Shown here: one piece after another, positions 12,510 to 22,909 of the stretch
Position numbering within the stretch: position 1 is the first letter of the stretch
Layout: each line of letters starts with the position of its first letter
Assembly: GCA_963758525.1 (NCBI GenBank)
Contig: CAVWVQ010000003.1
Location: 1,184,001-1,248,000 of the forward strand
DNA from: an uncultured Phycisphaerales bacterium
GTDB taxonomy: Bacteria > Planctomycetota > Phycisphaerae > Tepidisphaerales > Tepidisphaeraceae
Direction: 5' to 3'
DNA: 64,000 nt
Notes under the pieces: generated by a model
What the model was told of the DNA's origin: nothing
Databases searched by the model: none
The model's input: only the letters and a program-made list of their open reading frames with translations
Position numbers and translations under genes: made by a program

Positions 12510-13025
12510 ATGGATACTTCGGTTTTATCACCAGCGATTTTAGCCATTTGCCTGGATCTTCGATCATTGTCATATAAAGCGGATCAGTCGTGGGCGGAAG
12601 ATGCCCGCGACCCCCTGCCGCGCTCGCTCGCCGAGCGGATGACCTGGAACGCGGACGTCGCGACCGGCGGCTCGCGCTCCCGATCGCGATCGAAATCGCG
12701 GCCGGCCAGCGCCGCGGGCCGCTTCGCCGATGCGGGTCTGAACATCATGCAGGCCGAGTCGGCCACGGACGCGCTGGCGCTGCTGCGGGTGCTGCGCTTC
12801 GACCTTGGGCTGATCGGAGCCGACACGCTGGGCATGTCAGTTCCTTCGCTGCTCCGGCAGATCCAGATCGTCTCTCCGGGAACGCGATGCATCGTCGTCT
12901 CTTCAACGATGGATCAGCCCAGCGAGCGATCCATCCGTGAAGCGGGCGTGCTGGCGATCCTGGATGCGCCGCTGCCTGTCGACCAGTTGCGGGATGTCGT
13001 CAGCCACCTCGCCCTTTGCCATTAA
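12510..13025 (+). CDS. Degenerate receiver (REC)-like protein
   Basis: C-terminal beta/alpha pattern resembles REC (FDLGLIG..LGMS...CIVVSS...EAGVLAIL). Start uncertain. Confidence 0.55.
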   Translation: MDTSVLSPAILAICLDLRSLSYKADQSWAEDARDPLPRSLAERMTWNADVATGGSRSRSRSKSRPASAAGRFADAGLNIMQAESATDALALLRVLRFDLGLIGADTLGMSVPSLLRQIQIVSPGTRCIVVSSTMDQPSERSIREAGVLAILDAPLPVDQLRDVVSHLALCH

Positions 13026-13067
13026 GCACGTCCCAAGGAGCCGAACGCACTCGGCGCGGAGAACCCT

Positions 13068-13904
13068 ATGCGATCCACACTTTCCCCAACCGGTCGAGCT
13101 TTCGATCACCTGCGCACGCGGACGGCCCGCATGGCCGCCGCCGCGGCGCTGTGTGCATCTACCGCAATCGCGGCAAGGGCTTCGACGGGAACCTTTACGA
13201 CATCCGAATATGTCTCGGCGGGCCAGGGCACGAGCAGCCTGGCGCGAGCCGACAATTTGTTCGGCAACAGCGCCGCGTGCAAAGCAACAACCACGACCGA
13301 TTCCGAGTTCGTCAACTTCAAGACGACCGGCGAGCCCGGCCGCATGCATTTCCCGGGCTGGACGCCCTTCCCGGTTGCCGAGCCGCACAAGGATCACAAC
13401 TTTGCGATGCACATCAGCGGCCAGGTCGAGATTCCCCAGGCGGGCGCGTGGACCTTCGGCGTGAAGAGCAACGGCGGCTTCCATCTGCAGATCGGCGACG
13501 AGTCGATGCAGCGAAAAGCGTCGTCCGGCAGCTCCAACAAAATCACGCCGATGATTTTCGAGCAGGCGGGAACGTATTCCGTCGATCTCACTTATTACGA
13601 AAAGGCCAGCCGCGCGACGCTCGAATTGTTCGCCTCCAAAGGGCGCTTCAGCCGGTTCGGCGCGCACGGCGCTGACTGGCATCTCGTCGGGGACACCGCG
13701 GATGGCGGGTTGGCGCTGACGGACGATTCAACCCCTCTTCCATCAGCGGAAAGCGATCCCAGCACGACCGCCGATGACGCGCCCTCCACCGGCGTCACTT
13801 CTGCCGCCAACGACACATCAGTGCCGGAACCAGGCGGATTCATGATGGCCCTGGCCGCGGCGCCGTGGCTTCTGGGCAGGCGATGGCGCCGCCGGCAGCG
13901 TTGA
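13068..13904 (+). CDS. PA14-like domain protein with PEP-CTERM sorting signal
   Basis: Signal peptide, HNFAMHISGQVEIPQAGAWTFGVKSNGG, and C-terminal VPEPG + hydrophobic stretch + RRWRRR. Confidence 0.85.
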   Translation: MRSTLSPTGRAFDHLRTRTARMAAAAALCASTAIAARASTGTFTTSEYVSAGQGTSSLARADNLFGNSAACKATTTTDSEFVNFKTTGEPGRMHFPGWTPFPVAEPHKDHNFAMHISGQVEIPQAGAWTFGVKSNGGFHLQIGDESMQRKASSGSSNKITPMIFEQAGTYSVDLTYYEKASRATLELFASKGRFSRFGAHGADWHLVGDTADGGLALTDDSTPLPSAESDPSTTADDAPSTGVTSAANDTSVPEPGGFMMALAAAPWLLGRRWRRRQR

Positions 13905-13949
13905 AATGGACTTCACGTCGTCAGAGAGCTTCTCATTTTTTCATTCAGG

Positions 13950-14759
13950 ATGAACGGAAAAAACAACATGCGAACCAAACGTTTCCAAATCTTCAATCAA
14001 TCAGAAGCCGGCGCGGTCCGGTCGATCCAGTGTCAAGGCGCGGCAGGGTTCCGCGCGGGGGCGATCGCCGCGCTGCTTGCGGGACTGTGCAGTTTCTTGC
14101 TGTGCGGAACGGCGCGGGCGGACAAGGTCTTTGCTTCCTTCCAGAACGCCGAGCTGGATTTCAGCAATACCGGCTCTGCCGCAACGACCGGCCTGTTTTC
14201 CGCGGGGATCCCGCTGCAGGTGACCTTCCAGTTTGACGAAAACGTCAGCGGGGATGGCGTGACCTACCTCGCCCAGGAGCCGATCAAGGCGACTGTCACC
14301 TTGAGCTCAGTCGTGGCGGACGTCGTTACCGTCGAGGGTCGAATTCTCGATCAGCCGCTCAAGAACGGAACGCTCGAATTCAAGGACGCGCTCGGACATG
14401 ATTTGCTGACGCTCAGCGGATTCACCGGTGACGTGTCGGGCTTCGCGACCGGCAGCACCGCCACGCTCGGGACGGATACGACGCTGAGCACGCTTCCCGA
14501 TGTCGGCACCTACTCTTCCGATTTCCTGAAATTCGCCCCGTCGAATTCGGTCGTGGAAAGCACCGGCCTGACGCTGGACGTGGATGGGAGTTTTACCGAA
14601 GGCGCAAACAACTACCTGTCGAGCTTCACGGCAAATGCGGACGGAAGCTTCGCGGGCGACGTCGCGTCGGTCCCCGAACCGTCTTCGCTCTGCCTGGCAG
14701 GGCTGGCAACCATCGCCCTGCTGCTCCGCCGGCAACGAAGTCCGCAACCGATTCGTTAA
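13950..14759 (+). CDS. PEP-CTERM surface protein
   Basis: Signal peptide ending ARA-D; C-terminal VPEPSSLCLAGLATIALLLRRQR. Confidence 0.85.
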   Translation: MNGKNNMRTKRFQIFNQSEAGAVRSIQCQGAAGFRAGAIAALLAGLCSFLLCGTARADKVFASFQNAELDFSNTGSAATTGLFSAGIPLQVTFQFDENVSGDGVTYLAQEPIKATVTLSSVVADVVTVEGRILDQPLKNGTLEFKDALGHDLLTLSGFTGDVSGFATGSTATLGTDTTLSTLPDVGTYSSDFLKFAPSNSVVESTGLTLDVDGSFTEGANNYLSSFTANADGSFAGDVASVPEPSSLCLAGLATIALLLRRQRSPQPIR

Positions 14760-14859
14760 ATGGACGTGCGCGATTACGCGCACGTGCGAGCAGTACGCTG
14801 CCCTTAGGGCAGCCGCTAAACGGTTTTTGGAAGCGCATAATCGCGCAAGGTCATATAGT

Positions 14860-15030
14860 TCACATGGAGTGGTTGAGAGATGACCAGCGGGCAAGAACCT
14901 TGGTGCCGACAGAAGTGATTGCTGAGATCGCCGCGACCACGATCAAGCCGGCGATGAGTGCGTATTCCAGCACCTCGCCACCGCTCTCTTCGCGGATGAC
15001 CCGGGCGAACATTGCAGACAGTTTTCTCAT
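14860..15030 (-). CDS. Flp family type IVb pilin (56 aa, missing from the ORF track)
   Basis: MRKLSAMFARVIREESG/GEVLEYALIAGLIVVAAISAITSVGTKV... with the Flp G-x4-EY motif and a GGAG RBS. Confidence 0.85.
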   Translation of the reverse strand: MRKLSAMFARVIREESGGEVLEYALIAGLIVVAAISAITSVGTKVLARWSSLNHSM

Positions 15031-15209
15031 TGTGGCTCTCCATCAGCACGACCAGCATTTCGCTAGGGCTAACCCCTACATCGGCAAAGAGCGTGAAGAG
15101 CGTTTGCGCGTAAGCGGTTTTTTTGGAAGACGCGGGACATTACGGTGCTTCTAAACCCGTGTATCATCGGAGGATACGCCCGTGCTGGGTCCGCAGCCGG
15201 GGGCAAATT

Positions 15210-15713
15210 CTAATAATGCAGCCCATTTCCGCGCAGATGCGTGAATGCGGGTTCATCCGTCCCGAGTTCGCCGGCGATGACCTCGGCGATGAGGACGTCA
15301 TGGTCGCCGTCGAAATCGCAGATCCGCAACACTTTGCATTCAAGCCAGGCCACTGCGTCCGAGAACACGATTTGCCCCCCGGGCGAGGTCCGCACGGCAA
15401 CGCCCTCAAACGGATCAGCCCCGCCCGCAATGGGGCGGGCATAACGCTTAAACAGGGCGGATTGCGACCTGCCCAGCACCGATAACGCGAAGGTTCCCAA
15501 CCCCCGCAGCGCGCCGAGCATCGGCCGATCTTTGGCCAGCGCCATCGAGATTGCCGGCGGCTCAAAGCCGACCTGCTGCACCCAACTCACCAGCATCGCA
15601 TGGGCATCGGGCCTCTGCCCCGCCGTCAGAATGAACAGCCCGCTGGGAATGCGCCCCAGCGCCCGCCCGATCGACGCTGCCCGGGGACTCGACGCTGAAT
15701 GAATTGTGAACAT
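15210..15713 (-). CDS. Flavin reductase family protein
   Basis: ALGRIPSGLFILT, SWVQQVGFEPP, GDH, HLRGNGLHY. Confidence 0.88.
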   Translation of the reverse strand: MFTIHSASSPRAASIGRALGRIPSGLFILTAGQRPDAHAMLVSWVQQVGFEPPAISMALAKDRPMLGALRGLGTFALSVLGRSQSALFKRYARPIAGGADPFEGVAVRTSPGGQIVFSDAVAWLECKVLRICDFDGDHDVLIAEVIAGELGTDEPAFTHLRGNGLHY

Positions 15714-15785
15714 GGGTGCGGGTCTCCAAGGCTTCCTTGGTAGATCGGGTAGTTTACACGAGGGGGTGACATGGGGAAGGAACGT

Positions 15786-15975
15786 TGGGGAAAAGGCACG
15801 AAGGGAAGGGAATGGGGGAGAGGCACGAAGGCACGAAGGGAAGGAAGGGGATTTTTGTTGCTCCGCTCTGCATCACAAAGCTCTTCTTCCTCACCCTTCG
15901 TGCCTTCGTGCCTTCGTGCCTGCTTCCCTTCGTGCCTACGTGCCTTCGTGCCTCTCCCTTGGTGCCTTTCCCCTT
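15786..15975. repeat. Family B element: inverted arms of 8-mer GGCACGAA around a conserved core
   Basis: Core GAAGGGAAGGAAGGGGATTTTTGTTGCT...TTCTTCCTCACCCT is shared with 39241 and occurs inverted at 25255-25325. Confidence 0.85.
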
Positions 15976-15976
15976 G

Positions 15977-16987
15977 CTACCCAAAATTCGTCACCGCGCC
16001 GGCGGTGCTTTTGGAGAAGGCGTGGAGGTGATTGCCGTTGGCGTCGATGTGGCGAATGGTGAATGTGTCCGGGCGCAGCTCCAGATGAGAAAAACCGTAG
16101 ACCGGCTTGAAGAAAGGGCCGCGATTGTCCTCGAATGGCGACCAGCGCGTCCGTGCGCCGCCGGCTCCGCTCACCACGAAGGATGTGGGATGCCCGTCGA
16201 TCTCCAGATGCTGCAGATCGTGATCGTGGCCGGAGAGATAGAGGTCAACCTTGTGCTTGCTGAGCATCGGCTCGATCGCTTCCACGAGGTCGGCGGTGTC
16301 CCCATGTTTGCCGGCACTGAAAACCGGATGATGCCCGAAGACAAACAGCCAGGGCGTTGCCCGGGGCTTTTCCAGTTCGTCGCTGAGCCATTGCAGTTGC
16401 CGGGCGCGCTCGGCGTCGCCGACCATCTTTTCGTCGCGGTAGGAAAAATTGGTGTCGAGCACGAGAATCGTCGCCAGCGGCTTCTGTGCCGGGAGCGACA
16501 TCCGATACCACTTGGCCGGCAGTGTCCAGCGGGAAGCGGGATTTGCTGTGCGATAGTTGAGCTGCGCATCGACGGATCGATAGCCCGCTTCGTCGTTGTA
16601 GTCATGGTTGCCGAGCATCGCGTGCATCGGGCCGGGAAACGTCTCGGCGGGATACATCGCCTCCAAACTGGTCTGCCAGCGCGGCGACTGAACGCCCTTC
16701 CCGGCCAGACCGCCATAGAAGTTGTCGCCCAGCATGAACAGCGCTTCGGGGTGAAGGTCCGTCTGGATCGTGTATTTGATCATCGACGATGCGACGGCCT
16801 GCTGCCGCGGCATGTCCCCCTTGACGACGCCGTAATCTCCGATGGCCAGATAATGATGGACCAGGTCTGAAGGTGCCGCGGCCGGCTGCGTGTCGGCCGC
16901 CAGCGTGAATCGATCGTTGCCCAGGAGCGCCGCGGCCGCGCTGTAGGCGAACGTCCGCTTCAGAAAGCTTCTGCGCGAAACAGACAT
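15977..16987 (-). CDS. Tat-exported metallophosphoesterase (purple acid phosphatase-like)
   Basis: SRRSFLK Tat motif; GDYG, GDNFY, GNHD, GHHP, GHDH. Confidence 0.9.
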   Translation of the reverse strand: MSVSRRSFLKRTFAYSAAAALLGNDRFTLAADTQPAAAPSDLVHHYLAIGDYGVVKGDMPRQQAVASSMIKYTIQTDLHPEALFMLGDNFYGGLAGKGVQSPRWQTSLEAMYPAETFPGPMHAMLGNHDYNDEAGYRSVDAQLNYRTANPASRWTLPAKWYRMSLPAQKPLATILVLDTNFSYRDEKMVGDAERARQLQWLSDELEKPRATPWLFVFGHHPVFSAGKHGDTADLVEAIEPMLSKHKVDLYLSGHDHDLQHLEIDGHPTSFVVSGAGGARTRWSPFEDNRGPFFKPVYGFSHLELRPDTFTIRHIDANGNHLHAFSKSTAGAVTNFG

Positions 16988-17183
16988 GGAGATCCTCCGA
17001 AATGGGATGACGGGAAGCGGAAACCGGCATGAAAGCTACGCGACGATTACGCGACGTCAACGCGCAATCCGTGGCGTTCGCACATTCTTCATTTCCCCCC
17101 GGGTTAGCCGCGACGCGCAGCGGAGCGCGTATTCGAACGTTCCCAGATTCATGGGCGCACTGGTGACGCCCGCGGGAGTGTCC

Positions 17184-20100
17184 CTAATTCGTCGGCACGT
17201 TGGTAATCCCCGGCTGCGTGTTGTTCGTCGGGGTAATGGTCGACCGATCAATGATGAACGCGCCGCGCCGTTGCGCCACCAGTTCCGGCGACGACGTTCC
17301 CGCGTTGCGCCATCCCTGCACGATCACGTACGCGGTGAACGAATCGGATCGCGTCGTGATCAGGTTGCTGATGCGATTGAGGGCGAGATTCTGATTTTCG
17401 AAGTCGCCGTAGACCTGGTCCGCGCCGGCGGTGGCGGAGTTGGGAGACAGATCGCCGTCTACATTGGACGCGTGCTGGCCGGGAACATTCAGAAGCACAT
17501 TGGTGGTGGGTGTGTCACTCAGGACAGTGCGGATCAAAGTCCCCTGCGGGAGCGGGCCGGGGACGCTGATCGGAACGTTATTGAGCTCAAATATACTTTG
17601 GAACGCTCCGTGCGGGTGCCCTGGAGTTGCCGGTGGCATGGGATTGGCGACCGTCTTGTCGTCCACATCGCGATAATAGACGATCGACTGGGCGATTTGC
17701 TCAGCCTCCTGTGCGGCGGTGTTCGGGGACGCTCCAAATTGCACGCCGTCGACGAATGGAAGCGTTGCCAGCACGCGCCAGTTCGCGGTGTTGATATTGA
17801 TTCGGCCATGCACCGGAACCGTTTCTTCCGTCGCCGATGGGGGAGTGTTGCTGAGTTGCGCGTTAGCGACGGTCGAGCTGACATTCGCGACCGGTTTCGG
17901 AGCGGGAGTCGCGGGATACGCGGCCGGGTCGACGTCAGGGAGATAGTCATCCTGCGGAGACTGAACGGTCACGTAATCGAAGAGACGCTGGGTCCAGTAG
18001 TATTGCGTAGGGGTCGGCCAATAGACCGGCGCGGTGGGGGCCGCCGTTGTGGGGACAAAGGGATATATGAAGTCGTCCCATGGCGGAGAAGTAAGTGTCG
18101 CATCGATTTCGGTAGGAGAGACGGGCTTGCCGGTGGCGTCGACGGTATCCGCCCAGTGGATCGGGCAGAATCGGCCGACATTTTCGCGGCCGAACTCAAT
18201 CGATGTAACCGCATGGGGATCCTGATTTTCTGGAGCGTCATTTGCAAGCGCACTGTCGGAGGGAAGCGAGTTGAGTTCGTACAGCTTCGTATTATCGAGG
18301 CTGGTGACCTGGTACGCGCCGATGAATGTGACCTGCAGCAAATCCACATTGCGGGCGAAACCGCCGAAGGGGAATAGGTTTGCCGAAGTGGTTGCCATGT
18401 TCGGCCCCGGGAAGGAGGTGTTGTTGATCTGCAGCGGGCGATCGATATAGGAACTCTCGCTGGCAGTCGGGGTGATCAGCGTTGAGGGATCCATCTTCCC
18501 GAGCGACGCCAAGGTCGTGGTCTGCGGGCTGGTATTTGAACCCACAGTTGCATAGGTCCCGGCCTGCCGCGGCGACATCGGACCGGTATTACCGTTATAG
18601 ATTGGTCCGGGATAGACAAAGTGCCAGGCCTTCCCGAAGCTGGGATCACTGGGGCGGATATAATGCCATTCATGCCCAGGGTCCGCGTCGGTTTGCGGCA
18701 GGCCCGTGAAATCGTAGGCGTCGACCGGCACCGTCGCGGTTCCGCCGCCAGTGAAGAAAGCAGGAGGCGTGCCCGGCGTCGCTGACACTGGCCGCAACAG
18801 GACCAGCTCGCTGTCCAACGCGCTCGCCAGATCGGGGAGCTCAATCAGCGCCGGCGACCCCCCGACGGTAGCGGTGGGAAGTCCCGAGATCGCCGCTGGC
18901 GGTGTTTTCGATGAGGCAAGGACGATAAAGCCGTTCTTGGGAACGACCGGACCTGTTGTGGCCCAACTGGTCGTCCCGGCGCCGACCGTCGATGGAAGCG
19001 ACGTTACCGTCAGTTGGTTCAAGCCGGTCCCTGGTCGCTTGATCGTGGCGAGCTGCCATCCGTTCAGGGGGATGTCGAACGGATACGGGTTGTACAACTC
19101 CACTGCAACGTAAGCCATCGTCGGGTCCCCGCCGTCGTGGGTGTTGGCATACACCTCCGTGATGAACGGCTGCGGCGCGCTGCCGTAGACGGTGATGTTA
19201 TACGCGGGGGTCCCATTAGCGTCGGTGATGCTGATGGTCTTGCTCAATGGAGCGGTTGTACCGGGGTTGGGAGAAGGAGTGCGAAGCTGCAGCGTGTTGA
19301 TCGCCGCCAGGGCCGCGCACAGCTGCATCTGCGGGAATCCCGGCGTGCCATTGCCCTGACCTGATATCTCCCAGGGGAAATTGCTGGCGGGATAATTGAC
19401 CGTGCGAATTGACGGCTTAAACATCGCGGTCATTCCCAGAGTCGTTCCCAGAGACGTCGCGGTCAGCGGGGCATCGGTCATTGCCGAGTAATACGCTGGC
19501 CAAAGTTGGCCGAATGTTGCGGTGTTCGCCGACGCCTTGGTGGGTCCGCTGCTCCACGACTGCGGCTCCCAGTAGGCGGTGCTCACGCCGGTCTGCGGCG
19601 AATTGCCGGTGTTCTGCTGCATGCAGACGTACGAGCGCGTAACAGTCTCAACTGCATGAGAGACGGGATCGGTGTAGGCATTATCTGTGAACGTAACCCA
19701 GTCGCCAAAGTTGTACTTCAAGGTATTGTCCCACGCGCCGCGGGCGGGCAGCTTGCTGAACGTGAAATTCGAGACGCCGTTCTGCGTGACCAGCATCGAT
19801 CGGAGCGGGACGGTGGCCGCCGCGTTGGCAAAATCGAAATTCGTCTCCGCCCAATTCAGCCAGTTGCTGGGCGAATAAGGCGAAGATGGAGTTCCCGCGA
19901 AACATGAATTGGGAAGATCCTTCTCCAGCGCCGACGAGCTCTGCCCCGAGGGGTTGTGCAGCACGAACCGGTAGGCCATCGTCTGCATTTCCGAAGTGGG
20001 AAGCGCCAGAAATTTGTCGGTGGCGGTGTTGTAGCCGGGATTGCCCAGCCGGCGGCCCAGTTGCATCCAGAATGCCTCGTATTTGGTGGCGAAGCTGAAA

Positions 20101-21161
20101 TCGGAGCGCAGCGCGCCGCTGTCGTCATACGCCGGGATGAGGGTGGGAGCGCTCGCCAGCGCGTCTTTCAATCGATCGTTGGTGTTGAACGTATCGAAGT
20201 TGGCCGCCTGATCTCCTGACACGAGCAGATCGAAGAGATCGATGTTGGTCGGAAAGAAATTACCCGGCAGCACCGTTCCCGCGTCGTATGGCTTCCAAGC
20301 GATGGCGGCATTGATCGCGGCGGCGTTATCGACGATGCGCACGCCGCCGTAATACGTCACGCCGTTGATTTGGCCAATGGGAAGCCGGAACAACCCGGCG
20401 TCGGCGATCCCGTCGCCGTCGGCGTCCGCCGCGAGAACCGTGTAGGTGGTCGTCGTCGGTGGATTGCCGGCGGGAACTCCGGACGTGGTTTGCTGAAAGT
20501 CAAACGCGGGATACGTCACATTTTGCGCCCCCCCGCCGCCGCTCACCGACCAGGACAGGCTCGTCGGGGACATCTGCGAATCCGTCGGGTAGGTCTGCGA
20601 ACGAACATGATAAGTATTGGTTGGCGGGGTGGGATGGGTGATGCCGGTTCCCGCAGTATTAACGTATGGCGTCTCAAACGTCTCATACGTCTGTTTGCTT
20701 GGGAGCGACGTGACGAAATTCCACAACGGGCGATTCCCTAACGCGACCGGGAGCGTCGGATATTGAGCCGTTGGATACCGATCGGCGATGAATCCGCTCT
20801 GCGGATTGCCCGGATAATCGGAGACCGCGTAGGCATTAGGCGTGCTGGGCGACGTCGTCGGATAGTGGAAGACCGGCGTGTTCGGCGCGGCGGCGGTGGT
20901 GCCGAAGACAGAGGCGGCGACGCCGGACTGCGTGATGTTTTCGACACCCTGCAGAAGCAAATCGATTTCGGTGTTGAACGAGTTTTGCTGCGAGGAGTAG
21001 CGGTCGGTCTGAGCGGTGTTGATGTAGGCAGTCCCCAGCAGTGCCAGCAGTACGAGCAGCGCAACGACGAGAATCAGGACCGACCCGGGCCGCGATCGGC
21101 GCAGGCGCTGATCGAACCGGTCGAACATTCGCAATCGTCTGACGGGGATTCGCGATTTCAT
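17184..21161 (-). CDS. Giant PilX/GspK-like minor pilin (~1325 aa) with CBM5/12-like and lamin-tail-like modules
   Basis: RPG/SVLILVVALL N-terminus lacking E5; AWDNTLKYNFGDWV...YW; FITEVYAN...VELYNP; GRININTA; ITTRSDSFTAY. Start at ATG 21161 with GGAG. Confidence 0.7.
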   Translation of the reverse strand: MKSRIPVRRLRMFDRFDQRLRRSRPGSVLILVVALLVLLALLGTAYINTAQTDRYSSQQNSFNTEIDLLLQGVENITQSGVAASVFGTTAAAPNTPVFHYPTTSPSTPNAYAVSDYPGNPQSGFIADRYPTAQYPTLPVALGNRPLWNFVTSLPSKQTYETFETPYVNTAGTGITHPTPPTNTYHVRSQTYPTDSQMSPTSLSWSVSGGGGAQNVTYPAFDFQQTTSGVPAGNPPTTTTYTVLAADADGDGIADAGLFRLPIGQINGVTYYGGVRIVDNAAAINAAIAWKPYDAGTVLPGNFFPTNIDLFDLLVSGDQAANFDTFNTNDRLKDALASAPTLIPAYDDSGALRSDFSFATKYEAFWMQLGRRLGNPGYNTATDKFLALPTSEMQTMAYRFVLHNPSGQSSSALEKDLPNSCFAGTPSSPYSPSNWLNWAETNFDFANAAATVPLRSMLVTQNGVSNFTFSKLPARGAWDNTLKYNFGDWVTFTDNAYTDPVSHAVETVTRSYVCMQQNTGNSPQTGVSTAYWEPQSWSSGPTKASANTATFGQLWPAYYSAMTDAPLTATSLGTTLGMTAMFKPSIRTVNYPASNFPWEISGQGNGTPGFPQMQLCAALAAINTLQLRTPSPNPGTTAPLSKTISITDANGTPAYNITVYGSAPQPFITEVYANTHDGGDPTMAYVAVELYNPYPFDIPLNGWQLATIKRPGTGLNQLTVTSLPSTVGAGTTSWATTGPVVPKNGFIVLASSKTPPAAISGLPTATVGGSPALIELPDLASALDSELVLLRPVSATPGTPPAFFTGGGTATVPVDAYDFTGLPQTDADPGHEWHYIRPSDPSFGKAWHFVYPGPIYNGNTGPMSPRQAGTYATVGSNTSPQTTTLASLGKMDPSTLITPTASESSYIDRPLQINNTSFPGPNMATTSANLFPFGGFARNVDLLQVTFIGAYQVTSLDNTKLYELNSLPSDSALANDAPENQDPHAVTSIEFGRENVGRFCPIHWADTVDATGKPVSPTEIDATLTSPPWDDFIYPFVPTTAAPTAPVYWPTPTQYYWTQRLFDYVTVQSPQDDYLPDVDPAAYPATPAPKPVANVSSTVANAQLSNTPPSATEETVPVHGRININTANWRVLATLPFVDGVQFGASPNTAAQEAEQIAQSIVYYRDVDDKTVANPMPPATPGHPHGAFQSIFELNNVPISVPGPLPQGTLIRTVLSDTPTTNVLLNVPGQHASNVDGDLSPNSATAGADQVYGDFENQNLALNRISNLITTRSDSFTAYVIVQGWRNAGTSSPELVAQRRGAFIIDRSTITPTNNTQPGITNVPTN

Positions 21162-21217
21162 TGCATTGTCTCCGAAGCGACACTCAGGCTTCATCAATAC
21201 GCCTTCTGTCTCGACTT

Positions 21218-21316
21218 CCCCCTCCCCTGGTACTTCGGGGAGGGCAGGGGTGGGGGCGCTGAGTGCTCGCCAGCGAGCCCCCACCCTAACCCTCCCCCGG
21301 AGTACCAGGGGAGGGG
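21218..21316. repeat. Family A inverted doublet (MITE/REPIN-like)
   Basis: CCCCTCCCCTGGTACTTCGGGGAGGG...CCCTCCCCCGGAGTACCAGGGGAGGGG. Confidence 0.85.
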
Positions 21317-21370
21317 ACAAGAGCTTGGGGCGCTCGACACTGTCGGGCCGGGGGCCGTTTGCTGATGCAT

Positions 21371-22900
21371 TTACTGTTGCGCTCCCAGGTCGATGACATA
21401 TTCATACGTCTGCGGCGTCGCCAACCGTCCGGACGGATCATCCAGCGACAGCGTGATGCGAAGCATGCGTGGCAGGCTCGATCCTTGGCCGGTGCCGACG
21501 GGCCACATGGAATTCTCTGATCCCCACGAACAAAACAACTGTGCGTTGTTGTCGAGACTTCCGGGAACGGCGTAGTTCGTATTGGGCGCGAAGAGCCAGG
21601 ACGGGAATTCCCATGGTGGGAAGGACGCGGTAGAAGGTGCCTGAAGGCCCCCGCCACCATCAGGTTGTGGAGTTTTTTCCACATCGCGGAGGGGCACGAC
21701 ATCGTGCTTGGCGTCGATAGCGCCATCGCCGTCCGTGTCGCGCGGAAAGCCGTACCAGCGGATCTTCCTCTGTCCATTGATGACCATAAAATCGACCTGG
21801 CCATCGCCCTGTATCGCGGTCACGGCACCGTCACCGGCTTGGCCGGGTGTGTTTGTTTGGGTGAGATAGTCGCCGGCATATTCGACGATGAACTGCGAGC
21901 AGTGATTCAGAAAGATCGGCGCGACGCCTGCCGTCGTCGCGGCGCTGAGCGGCTTGACCGGGAACGGGTCGGCCTGATAGCGGGACACTGGTTGAGTTGA
22001 AGGACCCGCGAATGCCGCCGGAGCCGTCAGCATCATCGTCGATCGGAGCGCCGGAGTGTTGAACACATTAAATGAGCTGGCGGAGGCTGCGACGATGTCG
22101 TAGCGCGATGAGTAAATAGGAACATTTTTGCCATCACTGCTCAGGGCACCATAGCCGAGCGGGTTGTTGCTGGTGGTGGGCGGGTTCGGCGAAACGACAG
22201 GTGGCGCCGTGATGTAGACATCGGTTCCGCTGCTGGCGCTTGGCACCAGCAACATCGCGATACGGCCGAGAATCCATTCGGACGCGTAACGGTTGTTATC
22301 GTTGTGCTGTGAACCGTTGTCCGGGTCGCCGGGACCGAACCAAGCCGCATTGCTACCGGCAGGAACCTTCGCCTGATCATTGTTTGGCAGCACCAGGTGG
22401 CCATACCAGATGAATGCATTGGAACTGGTGGTCGGAGAGACGAAGGTGCCGTCATTGCCCGTCTGCCGCGGATACAGATCGCCGCTGGCAAAAAACCCGA
22501 GCGTGTCGAGCCGGAAGTTGCGGTTGCTGGGAAGGACATTGGAAACCGGCTGCGCGGTTCCGTTAATCGTAATCATATTAGGCACGCCGCTCGGCTCGTT
22601 GGCGAAGTCCTGTGCCGTGTTAAACGCGTAGGTCCGCTGCGAGGTGATCAGCAGCGCCGGCTGCGAGACGGTCATTGCGTTGTGGATATCTGTATAGAAA
22701 CTGAAATGTGCCGTGCGCTCGTCGCGCGTGATGGCGCTGAATGCCTGGCCCGCGCCCACGGTTTGGGCGCCGATCTTGAACACCTCGTTGATGCCCAGAA
22801 TCAGCACCAGCGCGATGGCGATCGACACCATCAGCTCGACCATGGTGAAGGCGGACCGGCGTAGCGGCAGGGGAGAAATAGTCTGTCTGATGCGAGCCAT
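21371..22900 (-). CDS. Prepilin-type protein (PilW/PulJ-like)
   Basis: RRSA/FTMVELMVSIAI class III signal. Confidence 0.85.
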   Translation of the reverse strand: MARIRQTISPLPLRRSAFTMVELMVSIAIALVLILGINEVFKIGAQTVGAGQAFSAITRDERTAHFSFYTDIHNAMTVSQPALLITSQRTYAFNTAQDFANEPSGVPNMITINGTAQPVSNVLPSNRNFRLDTLGFFASGDLYPRQTGNDGTFVSPTTSSNAFIWYGHLVLPNNDQAKVPAGSNAAWFGPGDPDNGSQHNDNNRYASEWILGRIAMLLVPSASSGTDVYITAPPVVSPNPPTTSNNPLGYGALSSDGKNVPIYSSRYDIVAASASSFNVFNTPALRSTMMLTAPAAFAGPSTQPVSRYQADPFPVKPLSAATTAGVAPIFLNHCSQFIVEYAGDYLTQTNTPGQAGDGAVTAIQGDGQVDFMVINGQRKIRWYGFPRDTDGDGAIDAKHDVVPLRDVEKTPQPDGGGGLQAPSTASFPPWEFPSWLFAPNTNYAVPGSLDNNAQLFCSWGSENSMWPVGTGQGSSLPRMLRITLSLDDPSGRLATPQTYEYVIDLGAQQ

Positions 22901-22909
22901 GCAAGTCCT

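Noticed and set aside
15078..15110. Sigma28-like GCCGAT promoter or c-di-GMP riboswitch upstream of the Flp pilin
   Set aside because: The -35 element and spacing are poor, and no riboswitch core is recognisable.
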